Below are positions 51,134 through 60,594 of a stretch of 64,000 nt of DNA, in pieces; positions within the stretch are counted from its first letter, which is position 1; every line of letters starts with the position of its first letter. Position numbers and translations under genes: made by a program. The notes beneath the pieces were generated by a model. It worked only from the letters and a program-made list of their open reading frames with translations, was not told the DNA's origin and did no database searches. The DNA is from an uncultured bacterium (GTDB lineage: Bacteria; B130-G9): NCBI GenBank assembly GCA_965372715.1, contig CBDVDH010000001.1:1-64000 (forward strand), written 5' to 3'.

Positions 51134-51352
51134 TCACGCTATCACGGCCTCGACCTCAGCGGGAATCTTGCTGAGAATCACTTCTTTCAGGTCAATCTTG
51201 TGGCTTGCATTGTCGATGTCGATCCCAACCAGCTTGCCCTCGGCATCATAGTCCAAGACGATGCCCTCCGAGACCTCTCGGCTGTCCACGCTCGGCTTAG
51301 ACGAAAGGTCAATGTAGAGAGAGTCGGTCTCCCGGTAGTAGTTCAGCTTCAT
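51134..51352 (-). CDS. DUF2283 protein (putative antitoxin)
   Basis: MKLNYY.ETDSLYI, SREVSEGIVLDYD.EGKLVGIDI. Confidence 0.88.
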   Translation of the reverse strand: MKLNYYRETDSLYIDLSSKPSVDSREVSEGIVLDYDAEGKLVGIDIDNASHKIDLKEVILSKIPAEVEAVIA

Positions 51353-51591
51353 CGTTTGAATCTCCTGTCTAAAAACGCGTTGTGTATCGTCCCTTTATCC
51401 TCCAGTGTAATCACGCGGAGTATTCGGCCCTCAAGCTCCTCGATCTCGCCCCAGAACCGAAATCGGTTGTGCTCCTGGGGCTCGACCTTCAGCGGATTCT
51501 CGCACACCCGGATACACCACTCCTTCTTCAGGTGCGGTCGTTTCCGCATGACCTCCCTTTCGAAATAGTCTGTGAATTTGTACTCACTCAT
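51349..51591 (-). CDS. Putative RelE-fold (DUF4258-like) toxin partner of DUF2283
   Basis: KFTDYF, R.RFWG.I.E...RILRVITLED..TIHNAF.DR; ATGA coupling to DUF2283. Confidence 0.7.
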   Translation of the reverse strand: MSEYKFTDYFEREVMRKRPHLKKEWCIRVCENPLKVEPQEHNRFRFWGEIEELEGRILRVITLEDKGTIHNAFLDRRFKR

Positions 51592-51690
51592 CGCTGGCAT
51601 AATACGCGAGACCGGCAGGGAAGGTAACCATTTCTGTTCCTGGCTTTGGCCTGCTCCGTTAAGCGCGTCAGACTCCGGGGTAAACTCGTG

Positions 51691-51897
51691 TTACGCGATG
51701 CCTTTTGCCATTTGTAGGAATGAAACTTCAGAGATATTCGCCTTCTCTTTCGCATGCTCTATTGTCATGCTAACGAGGTTGCCCTGCTCATCCAAATCGA
51801 TATAGAGGTTCTCGGATATTTCTCTTGTTTCCTCAATAGATTCCTTAGAAAACTCAATAAGCGCCGTATCTGTATCTGTAAAATACCGTATTTTCAT
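51691..51897 (-). CDS. DUF2283 protein (putative antitoxin), second copy
   Basis: MKIRYF.DTDTALI, TREISENLYIDLD..GNLVSMTIE. Confidence 0.88.
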   Translation of the reverse strand: MKIRYFTDTDTALIEFSKESIEETREISENLYIDLDEQGNLVSMTIEHAKEKANISEVSFLQMAKGIA

Positions 51898-52136
51898 GGT
51901 GTGTCCTCCCTGAAGCTCCTATCGAAAAAGGCGTTGTGAAGGGTTTCCCCATCTTCTAATAGAATCACTCTCAGATACTTCCCGGATTCCTTCACATAGC
52001 TCCATTTCCTTATCCTTTCGTCAGACTGAGTCTCTGTCCTCAAGGGATTATTGATTGTTCTCGCTATCCACTCTTCATTGATAAGTGCCCTGTCTCGCCG
52101 CTGCCTGGTGTATAGGAAGTACTGACTGAACTTCAT
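51894..52136 (-). CDS. Putative RelE-fold (DUF4258-like) toxin, second copy
   Basis: MKFSQYF, RIRKW, KYLRVILLEDGETLHNAFFDR; ATGA coupling to DUF2283. Confidence 0.7.
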   Translation of the reverse strand: MKFSQYFLYTRQRRDRALINEEWIARTINNPLRTETQSDERIRKWSYVKESGKYLRVILLEDGETLHNAFFDRSFREDTP

Positions 52137-52414
52137 AATCGCAACTTCGTTGCTCTTATATCGCTGAACGCTATCGAATGACCATAGAGAGATTACATGA
52201 TCGGCTTGATTTGGATAGTCGTGCTCTCAAGTAACTGAATCTTGAATGTCTGGGCTGATCTTTACGATGTCTGTAATCCTCAAGAGTTGACCTCCGGATC
52301 TTTCCCAATGATGATACCTCAGAGTAACGATTCGGGCAAGATGCTATCGCGGAACCACGCGCGTCAGGTTCAGCGGGCCGTGGCGTCTCCTGAAATTGGG
52401 GATCACCCTTTCTC

Positions 52415-53233
52415 TCACGGCTTCCGGCCTTCATTGACGTCATCGCCTTCTGAGGTGGGAACAGCTGGCTTGAATTCAGGGACGTTCTTCGCCAGCTTCG
52501 CTACCACTGCCCCTAGCGGAGTGAGTAGGTATCCAGCCCCGCCCTCGGAGAACTTGCCCATGAAGCTAATCAGGCCCTTATCCAGTAATCGCGGTATAAA
52601 GGTGATTTCGAATAGGTTAGGCGGAGAGGTGCCGCTGCGTCCGCTAATAGTCCCCGATGGGTCGTCTGCGCGCCCCTTGAGATAATTGAATTCCGCCTCG
52701 CACAATCCTGCTGTCGCAAGTTGTACCCGGGCATCATTCACGTAATTCCTTTCTTTAAGCCTGGCTATGAGCTCCTCCCTCAATCGGTTCTGCGCCTCTT
52801 CGGTCCGACCGAAGTCAATTTTCATATGAGGTATTGTGCTGACATCAAAGAGGAATCTGTCATTGTCGTCGCGAATGAGCAGCACCTCCTCAGATTGACG
52901 GCAGGCCAAGGCGATACCAACCTCATACATCACGTTACCATTGCGATATGGTTGGCCTGTAACAGAATCGATGCCCGCCGATGATACGTCTGCGAGGACC
53001 ATCTCTGAATGGGCGATCCCATCCATGATGTCCGTGAGGATAGAGTCTCCTGACTTTGAGGCGTCCACGCGGTATGCCTTGAGTGGAACCTGGTTGACGA
53101 TAATGCCTTCGATGGCAGGGGCGATAACGGTCTTGTATCTGGCATCAAACTTCGGTGAGAAGCTCATTGCCACGAATATCTGCGGCTTAAATTCCATTCG
53201 CCAGAAGGTTTTCAGGAAGACGTTCGGGTGCAT
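52415..53233 (-). CDS. Nucleoside 2-deoxyribosyltransferase/TIR-like domain protein
   Basis: IFVAMSF, VIAPAI, AYRVD, VLADVS, NGNVMYEVGIALA, FDVS. Confidence 0.7.
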   Translation of the reverse strand: MHPNVFLKTFWRMEFKPQIFVAMSFSPKFDARYKTVIAPAIEGIIVNQVPLKAYRVDASKSGDSILTDIMDGIAHSEMVLADVSSAGIDSVTGQPYRNGNVMYEVGIALACRQSEEVLLIRDDNDRFLFDVSTIPHMKIDFGRTEEAQNRLREELIARLKERNYVNDARVQLATAGLCEAEFNYLKGRADDPSGTISGRSGTSPPNLFEITFIPRLLDKGLISFMGKFSEGGAGYLLTPLGAVVAKLAKNVPEFKPAVPTSEGDDVNEGRKP

Positions 53234-53403
53234 TTGCCCTCAAGTTCGACCGGCTAACATTGACTGGATTACTCCCTATAGCACCCGGTGCAGTCGCGTT
53301 CTTCCTCTATGACACACCTTCTTGATAAGGAAGGGGATGCGCATACGTACCTCCGTAGTTGTCCATCCCAAGCCCCTTAGAATATAACGTCGCGTCAATT
53401 GTC

Positions 53404-53511
53404 TCATAATAGACTGTTCAGCCACGATAGCTCAATAGTGTTTTCGTGTTCTTTCAACAGCTCCATATTCAGGTATCGGTTCGCCTCGATCCAGTCTTTG
53501 TGAATCTCCAC
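53404..53511 (-). pseudogene. IS256-family transposase C-terminal remnant
   Basis: VEIHKDWIEANRYLNMELLKEH matches the E.HE.W.E..RYLNM..L.EH terminus of IS256 transposases. Confidence 0.7.
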
Positions 53512-53716
53512 GATTCTTGTCTTCTTGCAGAACTATTGAAACGCGGTCCTTTTGATGCCAGACACCTCACATCCCCCTCTTGCCTTTTCGCCCTCGTGGG
53601 TCTCGCCCCGAATGCGGCCCCTACTCCAGGCCGAGGGCGATGCGCTTCTCTGTGAGGGTCTCTTTGATCTTCTGGTATGCGAACGCGGGGGCAGGCGCTG
53701 ATATGGGGCCGCTGTC

Positions 53717-53744
53717 CATTGCGGATTTCGGATTGTGGATTGTC
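53717..53744. repeat. Heptamer tract
   Basis: cattgcg gatttcg gattgtg gattgtc. Confidence 0.6.
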
Positions 53745-53873
53745 CGAGGAATGGGGGGACGACTTCCGAATCTGAATCATTTGAGTCGAGGCGGCAATCA
53801 ATTGGAACGGGCGGGTCTGAGACCACGCCGATACGCGACGCTGCAAGTCAATCAAGACACACTTGCGTAATCC

Positions 53874-55667
53874 CTACTTCATCTCCAGAATGCCGTACGT
53901 ATCTGGGTCATAGCTGATCGGAATCTGCCAGTCGGAGGTAGTATTCAGGCGCTTTTGCTTGCGGCGAAAGTTCAGCGCGAACGTGTTGCCAGCAGCTCCC
54001 TGAGCCCCCAACTGCTTCAGTGGAATGCGGACCTCGATGCTCCAAGAATCGTCGCCACGAACGGTCTTCACCTCGTAGTTACCATTCCAGGCCTTGTCGG
54101 CGTCCCAGCCGCCATCATCCTCGATGATGATCTTCTGATCGAAGGCCGTTCCCAGCGGATTGAAGTAGATCTGATAGACCGGACCGTCCTCAAGGGCCTG
54201 GAAAAAATAGCCGACGCAATCCTCAGCGTATATTGGGCCGTCGTGATCCTTTATGTCCGCCTTCAACTCGCTCATCTTGCTCTCGGTGCATTTGGCCGCC
54301 AGATACAGGTTGTCGTTGTCATAGGCGAAATAGAACTCAACCGGCTCTGCTTCCGTCTTCACATAATCGGGCCTGAAGAACCTGGTTGTCGGCTTGACCC
54401 AAACCTTCTCTGTCAAGTCCCCGTCGATCACCGGCGGCGTCTCGGCCTTGCGGGCTATGGCCGTTCTAAACACGCCAAGATCCCTTTCCACCTTCATGGT
54501 CCTACCTTCTCGATAGGGGCAATTGAGGGTGAAGGATGGGACGGGGTATAGCGGCCCCTTGCACCTTACCGTGAAATCTGCACGGAGGCTTTCGCCCGTA
54601 CCGACCTTGACCTGCATCCCCTTTGGCTTGACCTCCCAGCCCTTGGAGACCTCCCATTTAAGAACGTCCTCAATCGGCGCCTCGCCACAGAGATTCTCGA
54701 CCCTCATGGTAATCCTTGTTTTCGAGACCTTCAGGTCGTCGCGCACAGCAACCTTCGGAATCGTGATTCCCTTGTTCTGTATCTTTGCGACAAACAGGAA
54801 GTCGTTGGCGCTCATCTGGTCCCACGGCAGGACAGCATCCTTCTTGATCGGCGCAAGCGAAAGCTCCTGGCCATCGAAAGTCGCCCACACGAAGTGATAC
54901 ATCAACCCCGTTGGGTCCGCCTCAGTGCCGCCGCCTGAGCTGCCGACGCTTGTGTATTTGATGCCGTCGAACTCCCCGGCGAAATACTCGTGATAGTGTC
55001 CCGTGAATACCGCATCGACGCCATTTGCGACGAATATGTCGTGCAGTATGTCCGGCTTGCCCCTGGCGATAGTCTCGATCCAATATGGTTTGTGCAAGAT
55101 AGCGACCGTGTAGTAGGCGTCCTTGTTGTCCTGAAGGTCCTTTTTCACCCACTGGATCTGGTCATCCCGCAGCTCCTCGGGCTTCTCGTAGCGGCCCGTA
55201 TCGAGCACGATGAAATGGACCCCGCGCACGTCGAACGAGTAGTCCGGCTCGCCGATGTATTCCCTGTATAGATCAACCGCGCTGTCGGCCCAGATATCGT
55301 GATTGCCGGGCACCAAGTAGATGGGCATCGAAAGTGGCTCGAGCAGCTTCTTATACTCCTCGTATTGCTCTCTGATTACATTCTCGTCCTCGGTGTATCC
55401 CTCGATCATGTCCCCAACGCTCACGACGAAGTCCGGCTTGAGGCGCTCGATCTCTTTGACTATCGCGCCGTAAATCCCGGGCACGTGACCACCCGTCCGA
55501 TCGCCAATCACGGCGAACCGCATGGGGAAGACCTTCAGCGAATGCTTACACGGCTTTGGGCAGCACTTTTCGCCCGCCTGGGCAATCGGCGCAAGGAGTG
55601 CTGTAGCCAGAATCAAGATCGCGATCATCGCTGCCAGCTTTGAGTGCTGGCCTGTCTTCCTCGTCAT
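53874..55667 (-). CDS. Secreted metallophosphoesterase with a C-terminal CBM9-like domain
   Basis: Signal peptide; IGD, VGDMIEG, PGNHD, HKP, FTGHYH; PVIDGDL.E..W, YDNDNLYLA, WSIEVRIPL. Confidence 0.85.
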   Translation of the reverse strand: MTRKTGQHSKLAAMIAILILATALLAPIAQAGEKCCPKPCKHSLKVFPMRFAVIGDRTGGHVPGIYGAIVKEIERLKPDFVVSVGDMIEGYTEDENVIREQYEEYKKLLEPLSMPIYLVPGNHDIWADSAVDLYREYIGEPDYSFDVRGVHFIVLDTGRYEKPEELRDDQIQWVKKDLQDNKDAYYTVAILHKPYWIETIARGKPDILHDIFVANGVDAVFTGHYHEYFAGEFDGIKYTSVGSSGGGTEADPTGLMYHFVWATFDGQELSLAPIKKDAVLPWDQMSANDFLFVAKIQNKGITIPKVAVRDDLKVSKTRITMRVENLCGEAPIEDVLKWEVSKGWEVKPKGMQVKVGTGESLRADFTVRCKGPLYPVPSFTLNCPYREGRTMKVERDLGVFRTAIARKAETPPVIDGDLTEKVWVKPTTRFFRPDYVKTEAEPVEFYFAYDNDNLYLAAKCTESKMSELKADIKDHDGPIYAEDCVGYFFQALEDGPVYQIYFNPLGTAFDQKIIIEDDGGWDADKAWNGNYEVKTVRGDDSWSIEVRIPLKQLGAQGAAGNTFALNFRRKQKRLNTTSDWQIPISYDPDTYGILEMK

Positions 55668-55764
55668 TGTTGTCTCCTTTTGACTGTCAGTTTCATCTGG
55701 GATGGGTGTCTGCTCTGACGCCCGATTATGACATGACCATTGAGGTTAATGGAAGCGAAGAGAT

Positions 55765-56325
55765 TTAGGTTCTGAACGGCGTCTTGTCCCGATACTTCTT
55801 CCAGATCACCTTGGTGTTGGCCCACCGGTCTCCCCATCTGTGACCTTTGACCAGTTGAAAAGCGATGATGAAAGGCACAGAAGGCACAAGCAGAGGGAGA
55901 TTCCTTCTGGCTGAGGCCTTGCGGCCTGCTGGTTCACCGGTGGTTTCGTCGATGACGCAAACATCCATTGCGGCTTTTCCAGGCGACATGCCTCTGAAAC
56001 CGTCTTTGATGAGGAAAGTTGCCCCGTGCAACCAGATCAGAACGTTTAGTGCGACACGGATTAGGTCTTGAGGCGCGTGAAAGACTCTTAATGCAGTATC
56101 AATTCCGTATGCGAAAAAGCGAAAAAGAAGGATCCAGAGAATACAATCAATGAGAAAAGCAAACTGTCTGCGATTGGCAAAGCCATGGTAGCATTTCCTG
56201 CACACGTAATGCCCGTATAGCTTCGCGTAATGGGGCTGCCTCTTGATCCTATCGGTGCCGCAGAGCGGACATGTCGGACCCCGGGTTTGCGGATGAGTTT
56301 CTTCCATCTCAGCAATCTCCCTCAT
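55765..56325 (-). CDS. RDD-family protein with an N-terminal Zn ribbon
   Basis: CPLC...CRKC; RRQFAFLID, SPGK, RWGDRWANTKV. Confidence 0.8.
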   Translation of the reverse strand: MREIAEMEETHPQTRGPTCPLCGTDRIKRQPHYAKLYGHYVCRKCYHGFANRRQFAFLIDCILWILLFRFFAYGIDTALRVFHAPQDLIRVALNVLIWLHGATFLIKDGFRGMSPGKAAMDVCVIDETTGEPAGRKASARRNLPLLVPSVPFIIAFQLVKGHRWGDRWANTKVIWKKYRDKTPFRT

Positions 56326-56334
56326 ACAAATTCT

Positions 56335-57318
56335 CTATATCCCCATATTCTCTACAAGCGCTCTGTACCTCCCGCCGAGCAAACCCTCTCCAATCATATA
56401 CGCCCCACAGGCGGCCTCCTTCGCGGTCTTCGAGAGCTTTTGCACCTTAGTTACTGGGGCATACTTGCTCAATCTGCGGACGAGCTCTTTCTTGATAGAT
56501 TCGTAGTTGGTCAGTCGGCCAGAGATGATGATCTCTTTCGGGTGGGGGGCGGAGACTATGATTGAGGCGACGTCCTTTTCGATGCTCTCTCCGAGGAGCG
56601 TCAGGGCTTCGGAGTTCTCTGCGAGGTCTTCTGGCGCAATCTCGCCGCCAGCGAAATCCCTTATGCCGCCCCTGAAGACAACCTCCTGGGTTATCGGTGG
56701 TTTTAGCCTGATCGCGATCTCGGCGTCCATTCCACCACACGCAATGAATCCCAGGCTGCCATTCGTGCCGCCAATCCCATCAACGATTCTGCCATCTTCG
56801 ACCGCCATGACGGCAGTGAAAGCATATCCTACCTCCAGATAGACAAAGGATGCCTCGCTGTATCCAATGCCCAACCGCTCTGATTGGTCCTTGACGCCTA
56901 GCGCAACGCAGCACACCTTGTCCGCGGTTCCCATGTCGAACCTGTTCCATTTCCTGTAACGTGGGACGCTCGGGAGATGAATGACGCCAGGCGTGAAGTA
57001 AACGGGCAGAGCCTTTGCCTTCATCTCTACAAGTAGCTTCTTTATACCCTCGTTCACGGCCAATTGCGTGTCCAGAGGGATCATCTTTGCGATGTCCTCA
57101 TCAGTCATATCCGCGATTCTTTTCAGGGGGATTCCGTAGCCCGATGGGCCCACGACGGCATCCCACGGTCCTAGTCCCTCAAGTCTATCGAGCAGAATTC
57201 TCGGGTTTTCCAGGATATCCGCCGAGTTGATTGCTTCGTCGATTATGACCCGCCGGTCGTCTTCCATTCCGAAGAGGTCAAAGCTGAACGTTCCGGGGTC
57301 TATTCCTACGACTCTCAT
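56335..57318 (-). CDS. DUF1464-family ASKHA-fold protein
   Basis: MRVVGIDPGTFSFD, GPSGYG, PGVIHLPSVP, DMGTADK, GRIVDGIGG; ATGA overlap with the upstream gene. Confidence 0.85.
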   Translation of the reverse strand: MRVVGIDPGTFSFDLFGMEDDRRVIIDEAINSADILENPRILLDRLEGLGPWDAVVGPSGYGIPLKRIADMTDEDIAKMIPLDTQLAVNEGIKKLLVEMKAKALPVYFTPGVIHLPSVPRYRKWNRFDMGTADKVCCVALGVKDQSERLGIGYSEASFVYLEVGYAFTAVMAVEDGRIVDGIGGTNGSLGFIACGGMDAEIAIRLKPPITQEVVFRGGIRDFAGGEIAPEDLAENSEALTLLGESIEKDVASIIVSAPHPKEIIISGRLTNYESIKKELVRRLSKYAPVTKVQKLSKTAKEAACGAYMIGEGLLGGRYRALVENMGI

Positions 57319-58325
57319 GGATGAACTCCCTTCAATGGGCACGAGGGGTCTGAGGCTGTCCAGCTTCCGGTCAGAGCGAACGTCCTTGACCTGCACCCTC
57401 CGCATTCATATAGATAATCGCACTCGCTGCACGGCGATTCTCTGTTCGACAGATCAGTTATCTCCCTTACAAACTCCGAATGTTGCATTTTAGCCCAAAT
57501 CTCGCCGAGTGGTTGCTCCCCTACATTTCCCAGAACAACGGGGGCGAATGTGCAGGGCTTAACGTCGCCGTTTGTTTCAATGAACATATACTCTCCGAAG
57601 ATGCAGCGAGAGATCTCTGGAACAACGATGCCATTCTCAGCGTCTGTCGAGAATCTAATGTTACGTTTCTTCAAGAATGGCTTAAAAAATGGCTCATCGA
57701 CGTAAACATCCATTTCATGCGTTTTCTGGAGCTGAATTATTGAGAAAAAGAGCGCCTCATATTCTCCGCTGCTCAAGGCATGCTCGCCGTAATCCTTGCA
57801 AGGCTTCAATCCTAGAATCGTGATCTTCTCATATCCTATCTCCCTTGCGAATCGGAATAGCTCGCCGATCTGCCGATGGTTGTGCTTCCCGATGGTAACG
57901 GGACAGGAATCGAGGATACGATACTCCGCTGCGAGGGCAACTGATTGCTTCAGCCGGTCAAAGCTCGCTCCCTTTCTGGTTCTCTCATAGCTCTCCTTAT
58001 CCGCGCCGTCTATGCTTATCATGAGATTCACGTCCAGGTCGGCGAGTTTTCGTGCGGTCTGTCTGTCGAGCAACATACCATTGCTGATAAGATAGACCTT
58101 CACGTCATTCCTACGAAGGATGTCAATCACCTGAAGCAGCTCACCGCGCAGGAGCACTTCTCCACCCTCCAGAATAACCCACCTGGGCTTGAGAGAAGGT
58201 ATCTCTTCAGCCACTCTCAAGAGAGTCCTGCCGTCAAGCTCCTCCGCCGCCATGCCTCTGCAATGCAGGCACTCAAGGTTGCATCTATTCGTGATTGCCC
58301 AATCAATGAAATAAGGGCTGTTCAC
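57315..58325 (-). CDS. Radical SAM/SPASM protein
   Basis: CNLECLHC, GGE, SIDG; SPASM C...GDVKPC...C..C....CGGCR...DPSC. Confidence 0.92.
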   Translation of the reverse strand: MNSPYFIDWAITNRCNLECLHCRGMAAEELDGRTLLRVAEEIPSLKPRWVILEGGEVLLRGELLQVIDILRRNDVKVYLISNGMLLDRQTARKLADLDVNLMISIDGADKESYERTRKGASFDRLKQSVALAAEYRILDSCPVTIGKHNHRQIGELFRFAREIGYEKITILGLKPCKDYGEHALSSGEYEALFFSIIQLQKTHEMDVYVDEPFFKPFLKKRNIRFSTDAENGIVVPEISRCIFGEYMFIETNGDVKPCTFAPVVLGNVGEQPLGEIWAKMQHSEFVREITDLSNRESPCSECDYLYECGGCRSRTFALTGSWTASDPSCPLKGVHP

Positions 58326-59119
58326 GCGCGTGCCCGAGCGACGAAGATCATTTCGGGTGAATCGTCGCAGAGTAGCGACCTGTCGAAGTTCCCGAAGAGG
58401 TCAATGATCTCAAAGCCTGCGCGGGCAAGGAGATGTTCCACCTCGTAGCGGAAGAAGTATCGGAACGGAAACGCCTGAACGAGGCGCTCGGTCCGGCCGT
58501 CCGGGTGCGTCACGTAGAAAATCAGCTCCACGTCGTTGCATTGTTCTGCACGATGAAAGGCAACGACGCGACTCGTCCGCCTCAGCTTCCGGCCGTCCGG
58601 CAGCTCAAAGTCGGGCGTGTCCTCTGTTTCCTGCATGAATGCTCGGTTAGTAACCTTTTGGGGGTCGGTCTGAAAGAGCTCAAGGATGAACTTGCCGTAC
58701 GGCGCGAGATGCTGGTGCACACAACGCAGGCAGGCAAGTTGATCTTGAACCGAGATCAGGTGCTGAAACGATCGAAACGGCGTCGTTATCAGTCCGAACT
58801 TCTCGTCAAGGTCGAAGTCAGTCATGTCGCCCAGAAGTAGTGAGGCACGACTTTGTACTCGCTCGGTCTGTTGTCTTAACTTCTCTCGACATGCTCTCAA
58901 CATGTGCCTGGAGATGTCGAGGCCCACAACCTCACAACCCGCGGCAGCGGTAGGGATCAGTATCCTGCCCGTTCCGCAGCCTAATTCCAGAATCTTGCCG
59001 CTCGCCGAGCGGGCCGCGTCGAGATAGAAATCGAGGTCAGCCCTCGCCGCGTAGGCCGGAACCAGATCGTAGTACTCTGAAAGGAAAGGCTCGTATTCGT
59101 AGGCGTCGAATCGGCTCAA
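58322..59119 (-). CDS. Class I SAM-dependent methyltransferase
   Basis: ILELGCGTGR, GLDIS..ML, GDMTDF, PFRSFQHL. Confidence 0.9.
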   Translation of the reverse strand: MSRFDAYEYEPFLSEYYDLVPAYAARADLDFYLDAARSASGKILELGCGTGRILIPTAAAGCEVVGLDISRHMLRACREKLRQQTERVQSRASLLLGDMTDFDLDEKFGLITTPFRSFQHLISVQDQLACLRCVHQHLAPYGKFILELFQTDPQKVTNRAFMQETEDTPDFELPDGRKLRRTSRVVAFHRAEQCNDVELIFYVTHPDGRTERLVQAFPFRYFFRYEVEHLLARAGFEIIDLFGNFDRSLLCDDSPEMIFVARARA

Positions 59120-59458
59120 GAGCTCTCATTTTCAGCATTAACGATTTGGTTTGGTAGCGCACCTTATCGGGGCAAGTCTCGGCCTTAGTGAAACCTGCCC
59201 CGCCCGGTGTTTCGCAGCAATCGATCACGAGTCCCATGGGAGCTTTCTGAGTATCCGCTCCATTGAGCAACAGATCCCATCCCGCAGCCCCGATCGCTTA
59301 GACACAACGTCTCTTGCCCGGCAAGGCGTGCCCTAATTGACCTGGGGTTGACGGAAAGGCACGACCAAGAGCTGTTGTGGCTCATGATCGATGCTCAATC
59401 GGTGCTTCGGGCTTTTCAATCGCTCACGTTTGTTCAATGATTTGACACAAGCTTGCGT

Positions 59459-59662
59459 CTAGGTCTTTTCTAGGCGCATATTCGTTGCGCGTGCGCCCTT
59501 GGGTCCCCGCTCCACGGAGAACTCCACCTTGCTGCCCTCCTCAAGGGAGTCATATTCAACGCCTTCGAGAGCTGATTGATGGAAGAAGACCTCGTTGCCA
59601 TCCTCTGCGCGGATGAACCCGAAGCCTCGGTCTCTGATGAGCTTCTTTATCTCTCCTTTCAA
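59459..59662 (-). CDS. Cold-shock domain protein, copy A
   Basis: RGFGFI (RNP1), VFFHQS (RNP2), GPKG; TTG start after AAAGGAGGT. Confidence 0.93.
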   Translation of the reverse strand: MKGEIKKLIRDRGFGFIRAEDGNEVFFHQSALEGVEYDSLEEGSKVEFSVERGPKGARATNMRLEKT

Positions 59663-59877
59663 GTCTATCACCTCCTTTCATTAGTATTCTGTAGTTATTC
59701 AACTTTTCGCAATAGCGCATTCTGGGCCTGTTCCAGACCATATATGTGAGACAGGTTTGCCGACTCAAACAAGGGGCATGTCAGTTTGGCCTATCCAATT
59801 TCACACGCAGTCCGGATGCGTCCGTCGGTTCGAGGCAGCTTCCCAAACTGCCCCGGACACTTGGCAAGAGCTCGCTT

Positions 59878-60081
59878 CTAGAGCTCTTGTAGGCGCATGT
59901 TCGTGGCGCGCTCGCCCTTGGGTCCCCGCTCCACGGAGAACTCCACCTTGCTGCCCTCCTCAAGGGAGTCATATTCAACGCCTTCGAGAGCTGATTGATG
60001 GAAGAAGACCTCGTTGCCATCCTCTGCGCGGATGAACCCGAAGCCTCGGTCTCTGATGAGCTTCTTTATCTCTCCTTTCAA
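59878..60081 (-). CDS. Cold-shock domain protein, copy B
   Basis: Same motifs and RBS, 419 bp from copy A. Confidence 0.93.
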   Translation of the reverse strand: MKGEIKKLIRDRGFGFIRAEDGNEVFFHQSALEGVEYDSLEEGSKVEFSVERGPKGERATNMRLQEL

Positions 60082-60594
60082 GTCTAGCACCTCCTTTCAT
60101 TAGTAGTCAGTAGCAATGCAATTGCTCGCATTCGCGCATTGTGGGAGGTGTTCCAGGCCATATACATGAGATAGGTTTGCCGATTTAAGCAAGGGGGGAA
60201 GTCAGCTTGGCCTACCCGGTTCCACACTTGGTTCCGGATGCGCCTATCAATTCGGAGCAGTTCAACCTGCCCCGCACACTAAAATCTCTCACTAACGCCT
60301 TCGTCCTGGCCGAAAAACGCATCTCGACCAAACACATCCTTCTCACAGTCTGCTGGCCACACGGCCCAATACACCTAAGGTCTCGCCACCCTCGACCCCA
60401 GACATCCAGCTGTCGAAGGAGGTTCAAGACCAAAACTTCTAAACGGTAAACATAAGGCCTAGTAGATACGATGTCAAGTACTTTCTTTTGAGGGAGAAAG
60501 CGAGAAGATGAGGAAAGGGGATAGGAATCTTCAGCCTAAATGTCGCGCTGCCCGGGAGACACTGCGAAAATCGGTTGGCACGAATCGCATTCCC

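Noticed and set aside
50707-51174. ORFs across the GATTTGG tract
   Set aside because: Translations are repeat-derived (WDLGFGIWD) and overlap promoter and REP sequence
51600-53270. Integron cassette array (GTTAGCC/GTTCAGC before genes, TAAC after)
   Set aside because: Could not build convincing attC hairpins, and there is no integrase in the window
59740-59790. GGCAAACC in the csp leaders as a c-di-GMP-I riboswitch
   Set aside because: The downstream GNRA stem and GACGCAAAG-like elements are absent
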